From: Nitrospira sp.
Lineage (GTDB): Bacteria > Nitrospirota > Nitrospiria > Nitrospirales > Nitrospiraceae
DNA length: 64,000 nucleotides
NCBI GenBank assembly: GCA_047150005.1
Contig: AP038806.1
Coordinates: 1,824,001 to 1,888,000, forward strand
Direction: 5' to 3'
Of the stretch, positions 49,322 through 59,401 are shown piece by piece; within the stretch, counting starts at the first letter, position 1, and every line of letters starts with the position of its first letter. The translations under genes and the position numbers were made by a program. The notes beneath the pieces were generated by a model. It did no database searches and was not told the origin of the DNA. It saw only the letters and a list, made by a program, of their open reading frames with translations.

Positions 49322-50338
49322 ATGAGATCCACACTGGCAACCTTGATCCTTCCGTCCCGCGGTTGGTGGCGGACCGCGATCGGGCTTGTGCTCTTGTCCT
49401 GGATGACGGCCTGTGCCGGCGTCGAACGGCACGAGTCGGCTCATTCGGGCGGGCCCGTGCCCGTCTTTCAGATGGGACAGATCATCGAGACGGTCACCGG
49501 CCGGACTCTGTCATTGGAGCAGCTGAGGCGAATGCTGCGCGAACAGGAGGTCATTTATCTTGGAGAAGAACATCACAACCGATTCCATATCGAATCGGCC
49601 CGCATGGTCATCGACGGTCTGATCACCGGAGGGCGCCGGCCTGTCCTCGCCATGGAAATGTTCGGCTGGGACGGTCAGGCCGCTCTCGATCAGTATCTCG
49701 GTCCTGAGCATCTCGGCCGTGAGGAGTTCCTTGCGGCGGTCCGATGGAAGCAAAATTGGGGCGGTCCGTTCGAGGATTATGAGCCGTTGGTCCAGCTTGC
49801 CAAGGAGCGGCATCTTTCGCTGGTCGCGATGAATCCTCCGAAGATGGTGGTTAGGAATGTGGCCAAACAGGGACTCGAGCAGGCTCGACGGAGCGCCGAG
49901 ATGGAGCAGTGGGACATGCAGGACGAGACCTTCGTCGAGGACCCGGCGTACCGCGCCCGCATCCTGCATCAATTGAAAGCCTGTCATGACGGTGGGCAGG
50001 ACGCCATGTATCAGGCGATGTACGAGGCGTCCATGGTGCGGGACGAGGGGATGGCCAGGACCCTCGCGGTACAGGTTCGGCGTGTACGGGAGGGAAATGA
50101 TCGTGCGGCCGGTCCGGTGGTGAGCTATACCGGAGGCGGCCATGTCCAATACAACCTGCCGGTTCCCAAGAGGGTTGCGCGGCGGCTAGAGGGAGAGGTC
50201 CGGCAGGTGAGCCTCTACATGACGTCTTTCGATGAGGAGCGCACCGAAGAGATCCGCGAGATGCTCAGCGACAAGATCGCGGACTATGTGTGGCTCACGG
50301 CCGTCGGCCCACAGGGGCCCCCTCACCGATGCCGGTAG
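49322..50338 (+). CDS. ChaN-family (heme-uptake/EreA-like) lipoprotein
   Basis: MTAC lipobox; VIYLGEEHHN, LAMEMF, RDEGMA, GGGH. Confidence 0.85.
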   Translation: MRSTLATLILPSRGWWRTAIGLVLLSWMTACAGVERHESAHSGGPVPVFQMGQIIETVTGRTLSLEQLRRMLREQEVIYLGEEHHNRFHIESARMVIDGLITGGRRPVLAMEMFGWDGQAALDQYLGPEHLGREEFLAAVRWKQNWGGPFEDYEPLVQLAKERHLSLVAMNPPKMVVRNVAKQGLEQARRSAEMEQWDMQDETFVEDPAYRARILHQLKACHDGGQDAMYQAMYEASMVRDEGMARTLAVQVRRVREGNDRAAGPVVSYTGGGHVQYNLPVPKRVARRLEGEVRQVSLYMTSFDEERTEEIREMLSDKIADYVWLTAVGPQGPPHRCR

Positions 50339-50453
50339 CAGGATTCGGCAGCCGGACGTGAGGAAGCGTCGAATGCTTGACAGCTTTACCCGAGCGGCTT
50401 CACACTAAGCCCGGGCGGCAAGGCTATGGCCCGCCGCAGCGGGTACTGACCTC

Positions 50454-51359
50454 ATGCGAAACAAGATTCCCTGTTCCGCCGAACGTCTGAGCCTCTTGGA
50501 TCCCCCGATGATCCAAGGCGTCGTCGACCGTAATGCCTTCCATATCGGCAATCAGTACCTTTCCGAGAACCGCGTTCGGATCGTCGAGGCCGACGATTCC
50601 CAGATTTCCTCCGCCGTGATCGGCAATTCCGGCCTCTATGAACAGACGATCAAGCTGAAGGACGGTCACCTCGTGTCGCGGTGCAGTTGCTCCTTGCCGG
50701 AGGAACCGATGTGCCGGCATTGCATCGCCGTGCTGCTGGAATATCACCGCTGGGTTCAGCCGAAGTCTCAGAGCAGAAGGCCCAAGCAGCCGTCCACCTC
50801 CCAGGCCGCCGCCGCATCGGAAGCAAACGGCGGCGGAGCACCAGCCGCGGCGTCCCACGGCGGACCGGATCTGAAGCTCAGTGAGGTCATGGCGTTTATC
50901 GAGTGGCTTCAGCCGGCGATGAAAGCTATAGGAGAGGGACAGGCTCTCCCCGATTCAAGCCGGGTTTCGGGCGAGGTCGGAGCGTGGATTCAGACCATTC
51001 GAAGCCTGGATGAACGACGGCAGGAGAGCGAAGAGCGTCAATCGACGATGGAGTTGGAGCGGCGCGACAGAGAGGCCTATGTCGGGCGTCTGACTCAGCA
51101 AGTGCAAACCTCAATGGCCGAGGTCCAGGCCGCGCAGCAGGCGAGCCAGCAGTTGCAGCAGGAAATCACCACGTATCAGGACATGTTTGCCAAGATTGCC
51201 GACCTTGCCTCGGAGGTCGCCGGCTACGACAGCCAGATTAAGTCGATTTCCGGGGAATTGCTGGCGAAGGGGGCTCAACTCGACAAGCTTGCCGCCTCCT
51301 TTCGGGAGGTCGCGACCGCCTTGAAGACCGGTCAACGATCCGGTTCCCAGGCCTCCTGA
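50454..51359 (+). CDS. SWIM zinc-finger protein with C-terminal coiled coil
   Basis: CSC-x7-CRH SWIM motif; heptad-rich C-terminus. Confidence 0.8.
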   Translation: MRNKIPCSAERLSLLDPPMIQGVVDRNAFHIGNQYLSENRVRIVEADDSQISSAVIGNSGLYEQTIKLKDGHLVSRCSCSLPEEPMCRHCIAVLLEYHRWVQPKSQSRRPKQPSTSQAAAASEANGGGAPAAASHGGPDLKLSEVMAFIEWLQPAMKAIGEGQALPDSSRVSGEVGAWIQTIRSLDERRQESEERQSTMELERRDREAYVGRLTQQVQTSMAEVQAAQQASQQLQQEITTYQDMFAKIADLASEVAGYDSQIKSISGELLAKGAQLDKLAASFREVATALKTGQRSGSQAS

Positions 51360-51458
51360 ATCGTCCCTCCCTCTCCTCCCGGTCCCCTTGCGTCCCAGAG
51401 GTCAAATTCAGTAGAATGCAGGCTCTTTTCAGTGCTCGAATCTGAGGAGGACGGTATT

Positions 51459-51647
51459 ATGAGAAAACTGATGACGCAAGTGGGTTCGACGGCGTTCGTG
51501 CTCCTGGCTGTGGCGGCACCGGTCCTGGCCAATGCGCCGGCGGGTGAAGGACCGCCGGACTATTCCGGGATCACCGGTATGTATTATACGCTGATCGGGA
51601 TCATCCTTGCCTACGGAGTCTACGATACGTTCTTGAAAAAGAACTGA
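51459..51647 (+). CDS. Small exported/membrane protein (62 aa)
   Basis: GAGGAGG RBS; signal peptide (VLA|N) plus a single C-terminal TM helix; downstream hairpin. Confidence 0.75.
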   Translation: MRKLMTQVGSTAFVLLAVAAPVLANAPAGEGPPDYSGITGMYYTLIGIILAYGVYDTFLKKN

Positions 51648-51743
51648 CGAGTGCTTTGACGACAGCGAAGCGGACATCCGGCTCGGAGGCCTCGGGCCGG
51701 TGTCCGTATTGCCGTCCCCACCACCGTATCTCCCGGGCTTCCG

Positions 51744-52400
51744 CTATTTCTTCAGAAGCGGCTTCAGCGATTCGATCATGTTTTCCACGATGACGCGATA
51801 CCCTTCTGCCGTGGGATGGATGCCGTCCGCCTGATTGAGCTCGGTCTCGCCCGCAATCCCGTCCAGAAAGAAGGGGATCAGCGTGAGGTGATAGCGGCGC
51901 GCCAGCGCCGGATAGATCTCTTCGAACCCTTGCGTATATTCTTGCCCGTAGTTGGGCGGGAGTTTCATGCCGGCCAGCACGACCGTAACCGAGGCCTGCT
52001 GCAACTGCTCAATGATCAGCTCAAGATTGTGTCTGGTTTGGGCAAGGCTCAGCCCGCGCAGCCCGTCGTTGGCACCCAATTCAAGAATGACCAGGGTCGG
52101 CTTGCTGTTGAGGATCCAACGGACGCGCCGCAGGCCTCCTGCGGTCGTGTCTCCGCTGACTCCGGCGTTGATCACACGGTACCGAAATCCGGCTGTATCC
52201 AACCGGCGCTGGAGTTGAGCGGGATAGGCGTCCTCCGCCGCCACCCCCGATCCGGCCGTCAAGCTGTTTCCGAATGCCACGAGTCTGGGGCGAGCATCGA
52301 CCGGCGCTTCGGCGAGGGTCGGTGCAGCTGCCGCACCGAAGAGCGACGCGGCGGCGACGATCAGACAGCCGATGGCGGTTGCGATGTGCAGGGAGGCCAT
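51744..52400 (-). CDS. tesA: GDSL/SGNH arylesterase (TesA-like)
   Basis: FGNSL, NAGVSGDTT, ELGANDGLRG, DGIHP; divergent from ybbA. Confidence 0.9.
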   Translation of the reverse strand: MASLHIATAIGCLIVAAASLFGAAAAPTLAEAPVDARPRLVAFGNSLTAGSGVAAEDAYPAQLQRRLDTAGFRYRVINAGVSGDTTAGGLRRVRWILNSKPTLVILELGANDGLRGLSLAQTRHNLELIIEQLQQASVTVVLAGMKLPPNYGQEYTQGFEEIYPALARRYHLTLIPFFLDGIAGETELNQADGIHPTAEGYRVIVENMIESLKPLLKK

Positions 52401-52450
52401 AGAACTTCAGTATAATAACATCGGCGCAACGGACTTTGGAGAACCGGCTT

Positions 52451-53128
52451 ATGATCGACATCGCTCATGTGTCTATGCGGCTGACGGCCGGAGGGAGACC
52501 GGTCAATATTCTTCATGATGTGACGCTGGACATTCCGACCAAGCAGATGGTGGCGATCGTCGGGCCATCGGGGAGCGGAAAGTCCACACTGCTGGGGCTC
52601 ATTGCGGGGTTGGACCGGCCGACTTCGGGAACGATTCGGCTCAACGGCCTGGATATCACCCGTATGAGAGAGGGGGAACTCGCGAAGTATCGACGTGCGC
52701 AGATCGGCTATATTTTTCAATCCTTTCACCTAATTCCCACCCTGACGGCGTTGGAAAATGTGCTGGTGCCGTTGGAGCTTGCCGGCGCGTCGGCTGCCGG
52801 GGAGCGGGCGGCCGAGTTATTGTCCGCAGTGGGCCTAGGCGATCGACTCCATCATTATCCCGTGCAGTTGTCGGGGGGCGAACAGCAACGGGTGGCCGTC
52901 GCCAGGGCATATGCCTGTCGGCCGGCCGCCCTGTTGGCCGACGAACCGACCGGGAATTTGGATTCAACGACCGGACAACACGTCATGGATCTGCTGCTCG
53001 CGCTCCAACGGGACCACGGGACCACCTTGGTCCTGGTCACGCATGATCCCTCCATCGCGTCCTTGATGCAGCGCGTCATCACCTTGCGCGATGGACACGT
53101 GGAATCCGACGAAATCAACACCCGATGA
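52451..53128 (+). CDS. ybbA: ABC transporter ATP-binding protein (YbbA-like)
   Basis: GPSGSGKST, LSGGEQQRVA, ADEPTGNLD. Confidence 0.9.
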   Translation: MIDIAHVSMRLTAGGRPVNILHDVTLDIPTKQMVAIVGPSGSGKSTLLGLIAGLDRPTSGTIRLNGLDITRMREGELAKYRRAQIGYIFQSFHLIPTLTALENVLVPLELAGASAAGERAAELLSAVGLGDRLHHYPVQLSGGEQQRVAVARAYACRPAALLADEPTGNLDSTTGQHVMDLLLALQRDHGTTLVLVTHDPSIASLMQRVITLRDGHVESDEINTR

Positions 53129-53218
53129 CAGCGCGGTCGGATTCATGGTCCGGTGCACCGACGCACCGTCGTCGTGAACACGAAATGGTGTTGACTGGAG
53201 AGGAACGGGTGAGCTCCG

Positions 53219-55882
53219 ATGTTTGAACTCCGAATGGCCTGGCGAGAAACCCGAGGCGCGTGGCGTCATTTTGCGTATTTTTTCGTCTGCATCGCGGTTG
53301 GTGTCGGAGCCTTGGTCGCCGTGGGCCTCTTCGCCGATCACGTGAACCGCGCGGTTACCAAGGAGGCCCGGGGACTTCTCGGAGGCGACATCGAGATCCG
53401 TTCGTCCCATCGGCTCACGGACGGCGGAGAGCGACTGCTGGCCGACTTGGCTGAACGACGGATCGCGACCACGCACGTGAGTGAGTTGGTGGCCATGGCC
53501 GTACGTCAGTCGCCTACGGCCGGGGCGACATCACAAACGACCCAAATCGTCGAACTGAAGGCCGTCGAGGCAGCCTATCCGTTTTACGGCACGTTGAAAC
53601 TGGAGCCCGCTCAGCCGTTGGACCGGCTGCTCCATCCGGATCGGGAGACCTGCGGGCGATCGGCCTGTTTGGGCGCGGTGGTTCAGGAGACGTTGCTGCT
53701 CCGCATGGGCCTTGCCGTGGGGGAGCGGTTGAAGATCGGACAGGCCGTGTTCCTCATCACCGGCATCGTGCGTGTTGAACCGGATCGTATGGCGAACGCG
53801 TTCAGCCTCGGCCCGCGGGTCATCATTTCCCGGCAAGGGTTGGAGACGGCGGACCTGATCAAGCGGGGAAGCCGCGTGCGCGAACGTCATCTGTTGAAAG
53901 TGCCCGAGGGTATCGAGCTGGAACCGCTCCTCGCCGAACTGCGAGCGCGCCTCAAGACCGAGTCCGTACGCGTGAGCAGCTATCGGGAAGCCCAGCCCCA
54001 ACTGAAGCAGTTTCTTTCGCAACTGTCGCGGTATCTGGGCCTCATCGGTCTGACCGCGTTGTTCATCGGCGGTGTGGGGGTGGCGATGTCAATCCGAGCC
54101 TTCATTCGCGAGAAGCTCAAGACCATCGCGATTCTGAAGTCGCTCGGAGCCGACTCAGCTGGTGTCGTGAGGATCTATCTGCTGCAGGCCCTGGGCTTGG
54201 GATTGCTTGGCAGCCTCGCCGGGATGGCGGCCGGACACGTGCTGCAGGTCGTGCTCCCGCCTTTGTTGAGCACTGCCGTGGCATCCGAGGTTCTCGAGCA
54301 ACTCGGGGTATCGACCGGGCTGTCCGTCAGGTCCATCGTCCCCTTGGTCAAGGGAGGGCTTCTGGGTCTGCTGGCGACGGTCCTCTTTGCGGCATGGCCG
54401 CTGCTGACCATCAGGGAAATCAAACCGGCTGTCATCCTGCGACAAGACGTGGAGACGAAGGAGGATGCCGAGCGATCCGTACGAGCGACCGGCGTTGTCG
54501 GCTGGATCATGAGAGAGCGACTGAAGGTGTTCACAGCCGCGACGTTGGGAGCCGGATTGGGAGGTCTTGCAATCTGGCAGGCCGGGAGCTGGAAAGTCGG
54601 CCTCTTGTTCATCGGCGGATTGGCATTGGCCGTGGCGTTGTTGTTTCTGGCGGCGAAGAGCGTGCTCTATTGGCTCACGCGTCTGCCCAGGCCCGGCTCG
54701 GTCTGCCTGCGCTATGCCGTCGGAAACGTGACGCGCCCGGGTGGCGATAGTGCGGGCATTCTGATCGCCATCGGTCTGAGCGTCACGATCATCGTCACCG
54801 TGTCGCTCATCGAGAAGGCACTGGTTCGGGAAGTGGGCGAGGCCCGACCGAACGACGCCCCGACCTTCTTTTTTATCGACATTCAGCCGGACCAGACGGA
54901 GGGATTCGTGCGGCTTGTGGAAAAGCAGACAGGCGGCTCGAAACCTGACCTGACACCGCTGGTACGATCCCGGCTTCATCGCGTCGGCCGAGAGGCGGTC
55001 ACGGTCGACGAGGTGCAGGAGCAGGACGAAGGGCGCGACGAAACCAAGGAGGAGCGGCGAAGGCAATGGTATGTCTCGCGCGAATATGCGCTGACCTATC
55101 TGGAACAACTGCCGAAGGGCAATGAGATCGTTCGAGGACGATGGTGGACGGCGGGGCAGACCTTCTCCAAACCCTTGGTGTCGATCGAGGAAGAAGCCGC
55201 CAAGGCGATGGGATTGGATATCGGTTCGTCGGTGGAATTCGATATTCAAGGCACCACCGTGGCCGCCGAAGTCTCCAGTATTCGGAAGGTGGACTGGGGG
55301 ACCTTCTCGACGAATTTCTACATGATTTTGTCGCCGGGGTCGTTGGACGGGGCGCCTCTGACCTATGTGGGCACGATACATGTAGCGGCAGCACAGGAAA
55401 TTCCGCTGCAGCAAGCAGTCGTGGCGGCCTTCCCCAACATGAGCGCCATTCATGTCGGCGATGTGCTGGACAATTTCGGGCGTGTGTTGGACCGGTTGTC
55501 GCTGGCGATCCGAGCTGTGGCGTTGTTTTGCCTCGTCTCGGGTGCACTGGTGATGGCGGCGGCATTGGCGACGACAAGATATCGACGACTCTATGAAGCG
55601 GTGATTCTCAAGGCACTGGGAGCGACGAGAGCCTTACTGGCCGGGACGTTCGCCATCGAATATCTCCTGCTCGGATTGGTCGGCGGGGCCGTCGCGGTCT
55701 GGCTATCGAGCGCCTTGTCGTGGCTGATCCTGACCTATGTGTTCGAGTTGTCCTGGAGCCTGCATTGGGGCGTGCTCCTCCTGGGCGTGCTGCTCACCAT
55801 GATGCTGACCTTGAGCGTCGGGTTTCTCAGCACTTTTCGCATGTTGGGAGAACGGCCACTCTCCATCCTGCGGCACGAGTGA
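53219..55882 (+). CDS. ybbP: ABC transporter permease (YbbP/FtsX-like)
   Basis: MAWRE, LLGGD, PTFFFIDIQ, two FtsX-type TM bundles. Confidence 0.88.
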   Translation: MFELRMAWRETRGAWRHFAYFFVCIAVGVGALVAVGLFADHVNRAVTKEARGLLGGDIEIRSSHRLTDGGERLLADLAERRIATTHVSELVAMAVRQSPTAGATSQTTQIVELKAVEAAYPFYGTLKLEPAQPLDRLLHPDRETCGRSACLGAVVQETLLLRMGLAVGERLKIGQAVFLITGIVRVEPDRMANAFSLGPRVIISRQGLETADLIKRGSRVRERHLLKVPEGIELEPLLAELRARLKTESVRVSSYREAQPQLKQFLSQLSRYLGLIGLTALFIGGVGVAMSIRAFIREKLKTIAILKSLGADSAGVVRIYLLQALGLGLLGSLAGMAAGHVLQVVLPPLLSTAVASEVLEQLGVSTGLSVRSIVPLVKGGLLGLLATVLFAAWPLLTIREIKPAVILRQDVETKEDAERSVRATGVVGWIMRERLKVFTAATLGAGLGGLAIWQAGSWKVGLLFIGGLALAVALLFLAAKSVLYWLTRLPRPGSVCLRYAVGNVTRPGGDSAGILIAIGLSVTIIVTVSLIEKALVREVGEARPNDAPTFFFIDIQPDQTEGFVRLVEKQTGGSKPDLTPLVRSRLHRVGREAVTVDEVQEQDEGRDETKEERRRQWYVSREYALTYLEQLPKGNEIVRGRWWTAGQTFSKPLVSIEEEAAKAMGLDIGSSVEFDIQGTTVAAEVSSIRKVDWGTFSTNFYMILSPGSLDGAPLTYVGTIHVAAAQEIPLQQAVVAAFPNMSAIHVGDVLDNFGRVLDRLSLAIRAVALFCLVSGALVMAAALATTRYRRLYEAVILKALGATRALLAGTFAIEYLLLGLVGGAVAVWLSSALSWLILTYVFELSWSLHWGVLLLGVLLTMMLTLSVGFLSTFRMLGERPLSILRHE

Positions 55883-55941
55883 GGTGGACGCGGAGTTGCT
55901 ATCAAGTCGACGCCCCGATTCATGGTCAAGGCGGTAGGGCA

Positions 55942-58719
55942 TCAAGGGGATTGGGACGCGATTCCTCTTTGGCTGTGCACCGTCAGATAGTCAGTGAGCG
56001 CCGTTTCGTTTCGTTCTTTGAAATTCACGGTGATGCGAAGCTGTTCCAAATACTGTTCCAAGGTCTTTCCCCCCAGATCGATCTTTCGCGAGGAAAAGAA
56101 AGCCCTGACGTCGGCCTCGAGCGCCGGGGTTGCGAGCGCGGTGATGCCTCCGCACATGCGGCGAAGGCCTTGCTTGGGAAACTCACGGTCCATCCGGTCC
56201 CAATGGGTCTTCACGAAGCTCCATCCGAGCTCCTTGCCGTAGACGTTTCCCATGACGGCGCTGACGATCGCAGGGGCATCCTGGAGTCGGATGTGTCCGT
56301 TGAGCGTGCGTTCCAGCGTCTTCTCCAGCAATTCAGGCTGACGGAAGGCGGTCAGGGAGAAGAGGTAGCGGCGTTCTTCCTGGGGCGTCTTGGCCGTCCG
56401 AAACCGTTCCGCAAACTCGGCGTATCGTGCTTCGTCGCCGGTAAACGCCAGGATGGACACCAGCGCCGGGAGGAGATTGGGATCGACGGCGACCGGATCC
56501 TGCTTGGCCGTCTCGTACAACTCCGCGGCACGCGTTTGGGTCACCGGGTCGTTGCCGAGGCGGCCCATCGCCGCAACCAGTTCGCTGCGCAGTTGCCGGA
56601 GCAGCTCGTCCTCGCCCGGCTCCGCCGTCCATCCGACGGCTGAGAATGCGGGGTGCACCCGTCGTCGGACGAACGCTTGGAGGGCCGGGCGCTGTTCCGG
56701 CTCAATGAGGCGGTTGAGGAAGGCGAATGACTCGAGAAGGATGGCCCACACGTTCTTGTCGCGATCCTCCGAAAAGCCGGACGTCAGGTCGAGATAGTCG
56801 GCTAGCGAAGTGAGGCCGGCGACCGTGGTGGCCCATGAGTCGTTCATGAGATTGAAGCGTTCGGTCGCGGCCAGCCCAGCCATGCCGGCCGCAAGGAGTT
56901 TGCCGCGCAGCACGGGACCGTACCGTACCCGGTAGAAGCCGTGGCCGCCTTCGTTGACGAGCACGGATTCCGGCGCCGTCGCTATCGGTAGGTGCGTGTC
57001 CTGTCCGGTGATGAGGAGTCTCACTGTTTCGCTCTTGCCCTCTGATCGCACGCGAAGCTGGATCGGCACGTGCCAGCTTGATGAAACAGACGATGAGGAG
57101 CGGGAGTCGGGCGGTAGGTAGGTAAACCGTTCCTGTTTGAGCGTCAGGGTCGTCTCGCCGCTGAGTTCGGCGGTGACCAGAGGATATCCGGGCTGAAAAA
57201 TCCAACCGTTCATCATCGCCGGTACAGGGTGTTTCGCGGCGTTCCCCAGGGCCACCCACAAGTCGTTGGTGTCCGCGTTGCCGTATGCGTGTCGCCGGAG
57301 GTAGTCGCGGACGCCGCTGCGAAACACGTCGGGGCCGATATGTTGTTCGAGCATCCGGAGGACCGAGGCACCCTTTTCATACGTCAGGACGTCGAACATG
57401 GCATCCGCGTCCTTGGGCGCGCGAACGGGATATTCGACGGGTCTGGTGCTAAGCAAGCCGTCGACGGACAGGGCGGCGGCCCTGGAAATACAGAACGTCT
57501 CCCAGCGCTTCCATTGCGGCTTCCACGCGTCGACCGCCAGCATTTCCATAAACGTGGCGAAGGCTTCATTGAGCCAGAGACCATTCCACCAGGCCATCGT
57601 CACGAGATCGCCGAACCACATGTGGGCGTTCTCGTGGGCGACCACGTCGGCGATGCGCTCCAACTCTCCGTGCGTCCCGTGGCGTTGATCGACGAGCAAC
57701 GCGGTCTCACGAAAGGTGATGGCACCGAGATTTTCCATAGCCCCCGACGCGAAGTCCGGAATGGCGAGCAGGTCCAGTTTGTCTCCTGGATAAGGAATGC
57801 CGTAATACTCCTCGAAGAACTTGAGCGAGGCGGTGGCGATGTTCTGGCCGAACGAGGCGAGATCCTGTTTGCCCGGCACGCACCATACGCGAATAGGCGT
57901 CTTTCCGACGAACGTCGGGGCAGTGGACTCGATGTGTCCGACCACGAACGCGACCAGATATGTCGACATGTTGATCGTGTCGGCGAATCGAACCACCTTC
58001 TTGCCCCGTTCCAGGGTTTCAGACTCGACCCGGCTGTTCGACACGGCGGCCATCGCGGGGTCGACGACCAAGGTGACGGCGAAGACCGCCTTGAAGTCCG
58101 GTTCATCCCAACAGGGGAAACCCCGTCTGGCATCGGTCGCTTCGTATTGGGTGGCCGCCAGAGTCCTGATCTTGCCCGAGGCGTCCGTATAGGTGCTGCG
58201 ATAGAAGCCTCGAAGTTTGTCGTTGAGTGTGCCCCGGAACGACATATGTAACTGCCATTGCCCAGGGGTGATCTCCACGGGAAAGGTCAACCGACAGCGC
58301 TCCAGCGGCTCCTCCGACTCGATCGCACCGTCCAATCGTTCGCCCCGCGGCCCTTCCACCTGCGCGCGTTCAATGACGAGGTCCGCGGCGTTCAAGAGCA
58401 TCGAGGTCATGGGTTCCAGGACCGACAGCGTGACGGTTTCATGACCGTGAAACGCGGCTGCGGTCAAATCCGGCTCGAGGCGCAAGTCGTACCTGACGGG
58501 CACGACATGGCGCGGCAGTCGATAGGGGTCAGCGCCGCCGGTCGGCGTCTCATGGCTCATGGTGTTCTCCTTTGGCGGTGCCGTCTCGGTCGGACCGTCG
58601 GCTCGTACGGACAACGGGCGCAGGCTCGACGTGAGCGCAGCGGTGAACAGAACGGAACCCGTCCGGCTGATGATACGGAACAGACCTCGTCGACCGACGA
58701 GATCACGGCCTTGTGGCAT
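55942..58719 (-). CDS. pepN: M1 family aminopeptidase (ERAP1-like C-domain); alternative start at 58560
   Basis: GAMEN, HENAH-x18-E, YEKG. Confidence 0.92.
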   Translation of the reverse strand: MPQGRDLVGRRGLFRIISRTGSVLFTAALTSSLRPLSVRADGPTETAPPKENTMSHETPTGGADPYRLPRHVVPVRYDLRLEPDLTAAAFHGHETVTLSVLEPMTSMLLNAADLVIERAQVEGPRGERLDGAIESEEPLERCRLTFPVEITPGQWQLHMSFRGTLNDKLRGFYRSTYTDASGKIRTLAATQYEATDARRGFPCWDEPDFKAVFAVTLVVDPAMAAVSNSRVESETLERGKKVVRFADTINMSTYLVAFVVGHIESTAPTFVGKTPIRVWCVPGKQDLASFGQNIATASLKFFEEYYGIPYPGDKLDLLAIPDFASGAMENLGAITFRETALLVDQRHGTHGELERIADVVAHENAHMWFGDLVTMAWWNGLWLNEAFATFMEMLAVDAWKPQWKRWETFCISRAAALSVDGLLSTRPVEYPVRAPKDADAMFDVLTYEKGASVLRMLEQHIGPDVFRSGVRDYLRRHAYGNADTNDLWVALGNAAKHPVPAMMNGWIFQPGYPLVTAELSGETTLTLKQERFTYLPPDSRSSSSVSSSWHVPIQLRVRSEGKSETVRLLITGQDTHLPIATAPESVLVNEGGHGFYRVRYGPVLRGKLLAAGMAGLAATERFNLMNDSWATTVAGLTSLADYLDLTSGFSEDRDKNVWAILLESFAFLNRLIEPEQRPALQAFVRRRVHPAFSAVGWTAEPGEDELLRQLRSELVAAMGRLGNDPVTQTRAAELYETAKQDPVAVDPNLLPALVSILAFTGDEARYAEFAERFRTAKTPQEERRYLFSLTAFRQPELLEKTLERTLNGHIRLQDAPAIVSAVMGNVYGKELGWSFVKTHWDRMDREFPKQGLRRMCGGITALATPALEADVRAFFSSRKIDLGGKTLEQYLEQLRITVNFKERNETALTDYLTVHSQRGIASQSP

Positions 58720-59401
58720 GGTATGTTTCGACGCCCTGTGGGGTGCCGACGATCAAGACATCCGTGCGGTCGACGAACAGGCCGGTGTCGACGATTCCCG
58801 GGATGCAGTGCAGGGCCGCTTCGAGGTCGCGCGGATCGTCGATTTGGGCCATATGGACATCCACGATCAGATTCCCGGATTCCGTTCGAAAGGGCGATCC
58901 GGCTTGTTCCCGCAGGATTACGCGGCTGCGTGTGAGTGCTTCGATCGTGCGCGCGGTATTGTGCCACCCGAACGGAACGATTTCGATGGGCAGCGGAAAG
59001 GTCTTTCCCAAGACCGGCACTCGTTTGGTGTAATCGATCAGCACGATAAACTGCTTTGCCAAGGCCGCGACGATCTTCTCCTTCAACAGAGCCCCTCCCC
59101 CTCCCTTGATCAAGTTGAACGAGGGATCGACCTGGTCTGCGCCGTCGACGGCGACGTCGATGGGCCAATGGTCGTTCTCGTCGAGTAAGGTAATGCCCGA
59201 TCGGTCGGCAAGCACGGCCGTCTCACGGGAGGTCGGCACCGCGCGCAGTTTCATGCCGGATGCCGCTTTCGCACCCAACGCGATGACGAATTCTTTGGCG
59301 GTGGATCCCGTGCCGAGACCCACGACCATGCCGTCCTTCACATAGTCCAGCGCCTTCAAGGCGGCGGAACGCTTCAACAAGCCGAGATCGGTACCGCTCA
59401 T
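58703..59401 (-). CDS. rpiA: Ribose-5-phosphate isomerase A
   Basis: GLGTGST, DGADQ, KGGGGALLKEK. Confidence 0.97.
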   Translation of the reverse strand: MSGTDLGLLKRSAALKALDYVKDGMVVGLGTGSTAKEFVIALGAKAASGMKLRAVPTSRETAVLADRSGITLLDENDHWPIDVAVDGADQVDPSFNLIKGGGGALLKEKIVAALAKQFIVLIDYTKRVPVLGKTFPLPIEIVPFGWHNTARTIEALTRSRVILREQAGSPFRTESGNLIVDVHMAQIDDPRDLEAALHCIPGIVDTGLFVDRTDVLIVGTPQGVETYHATRP

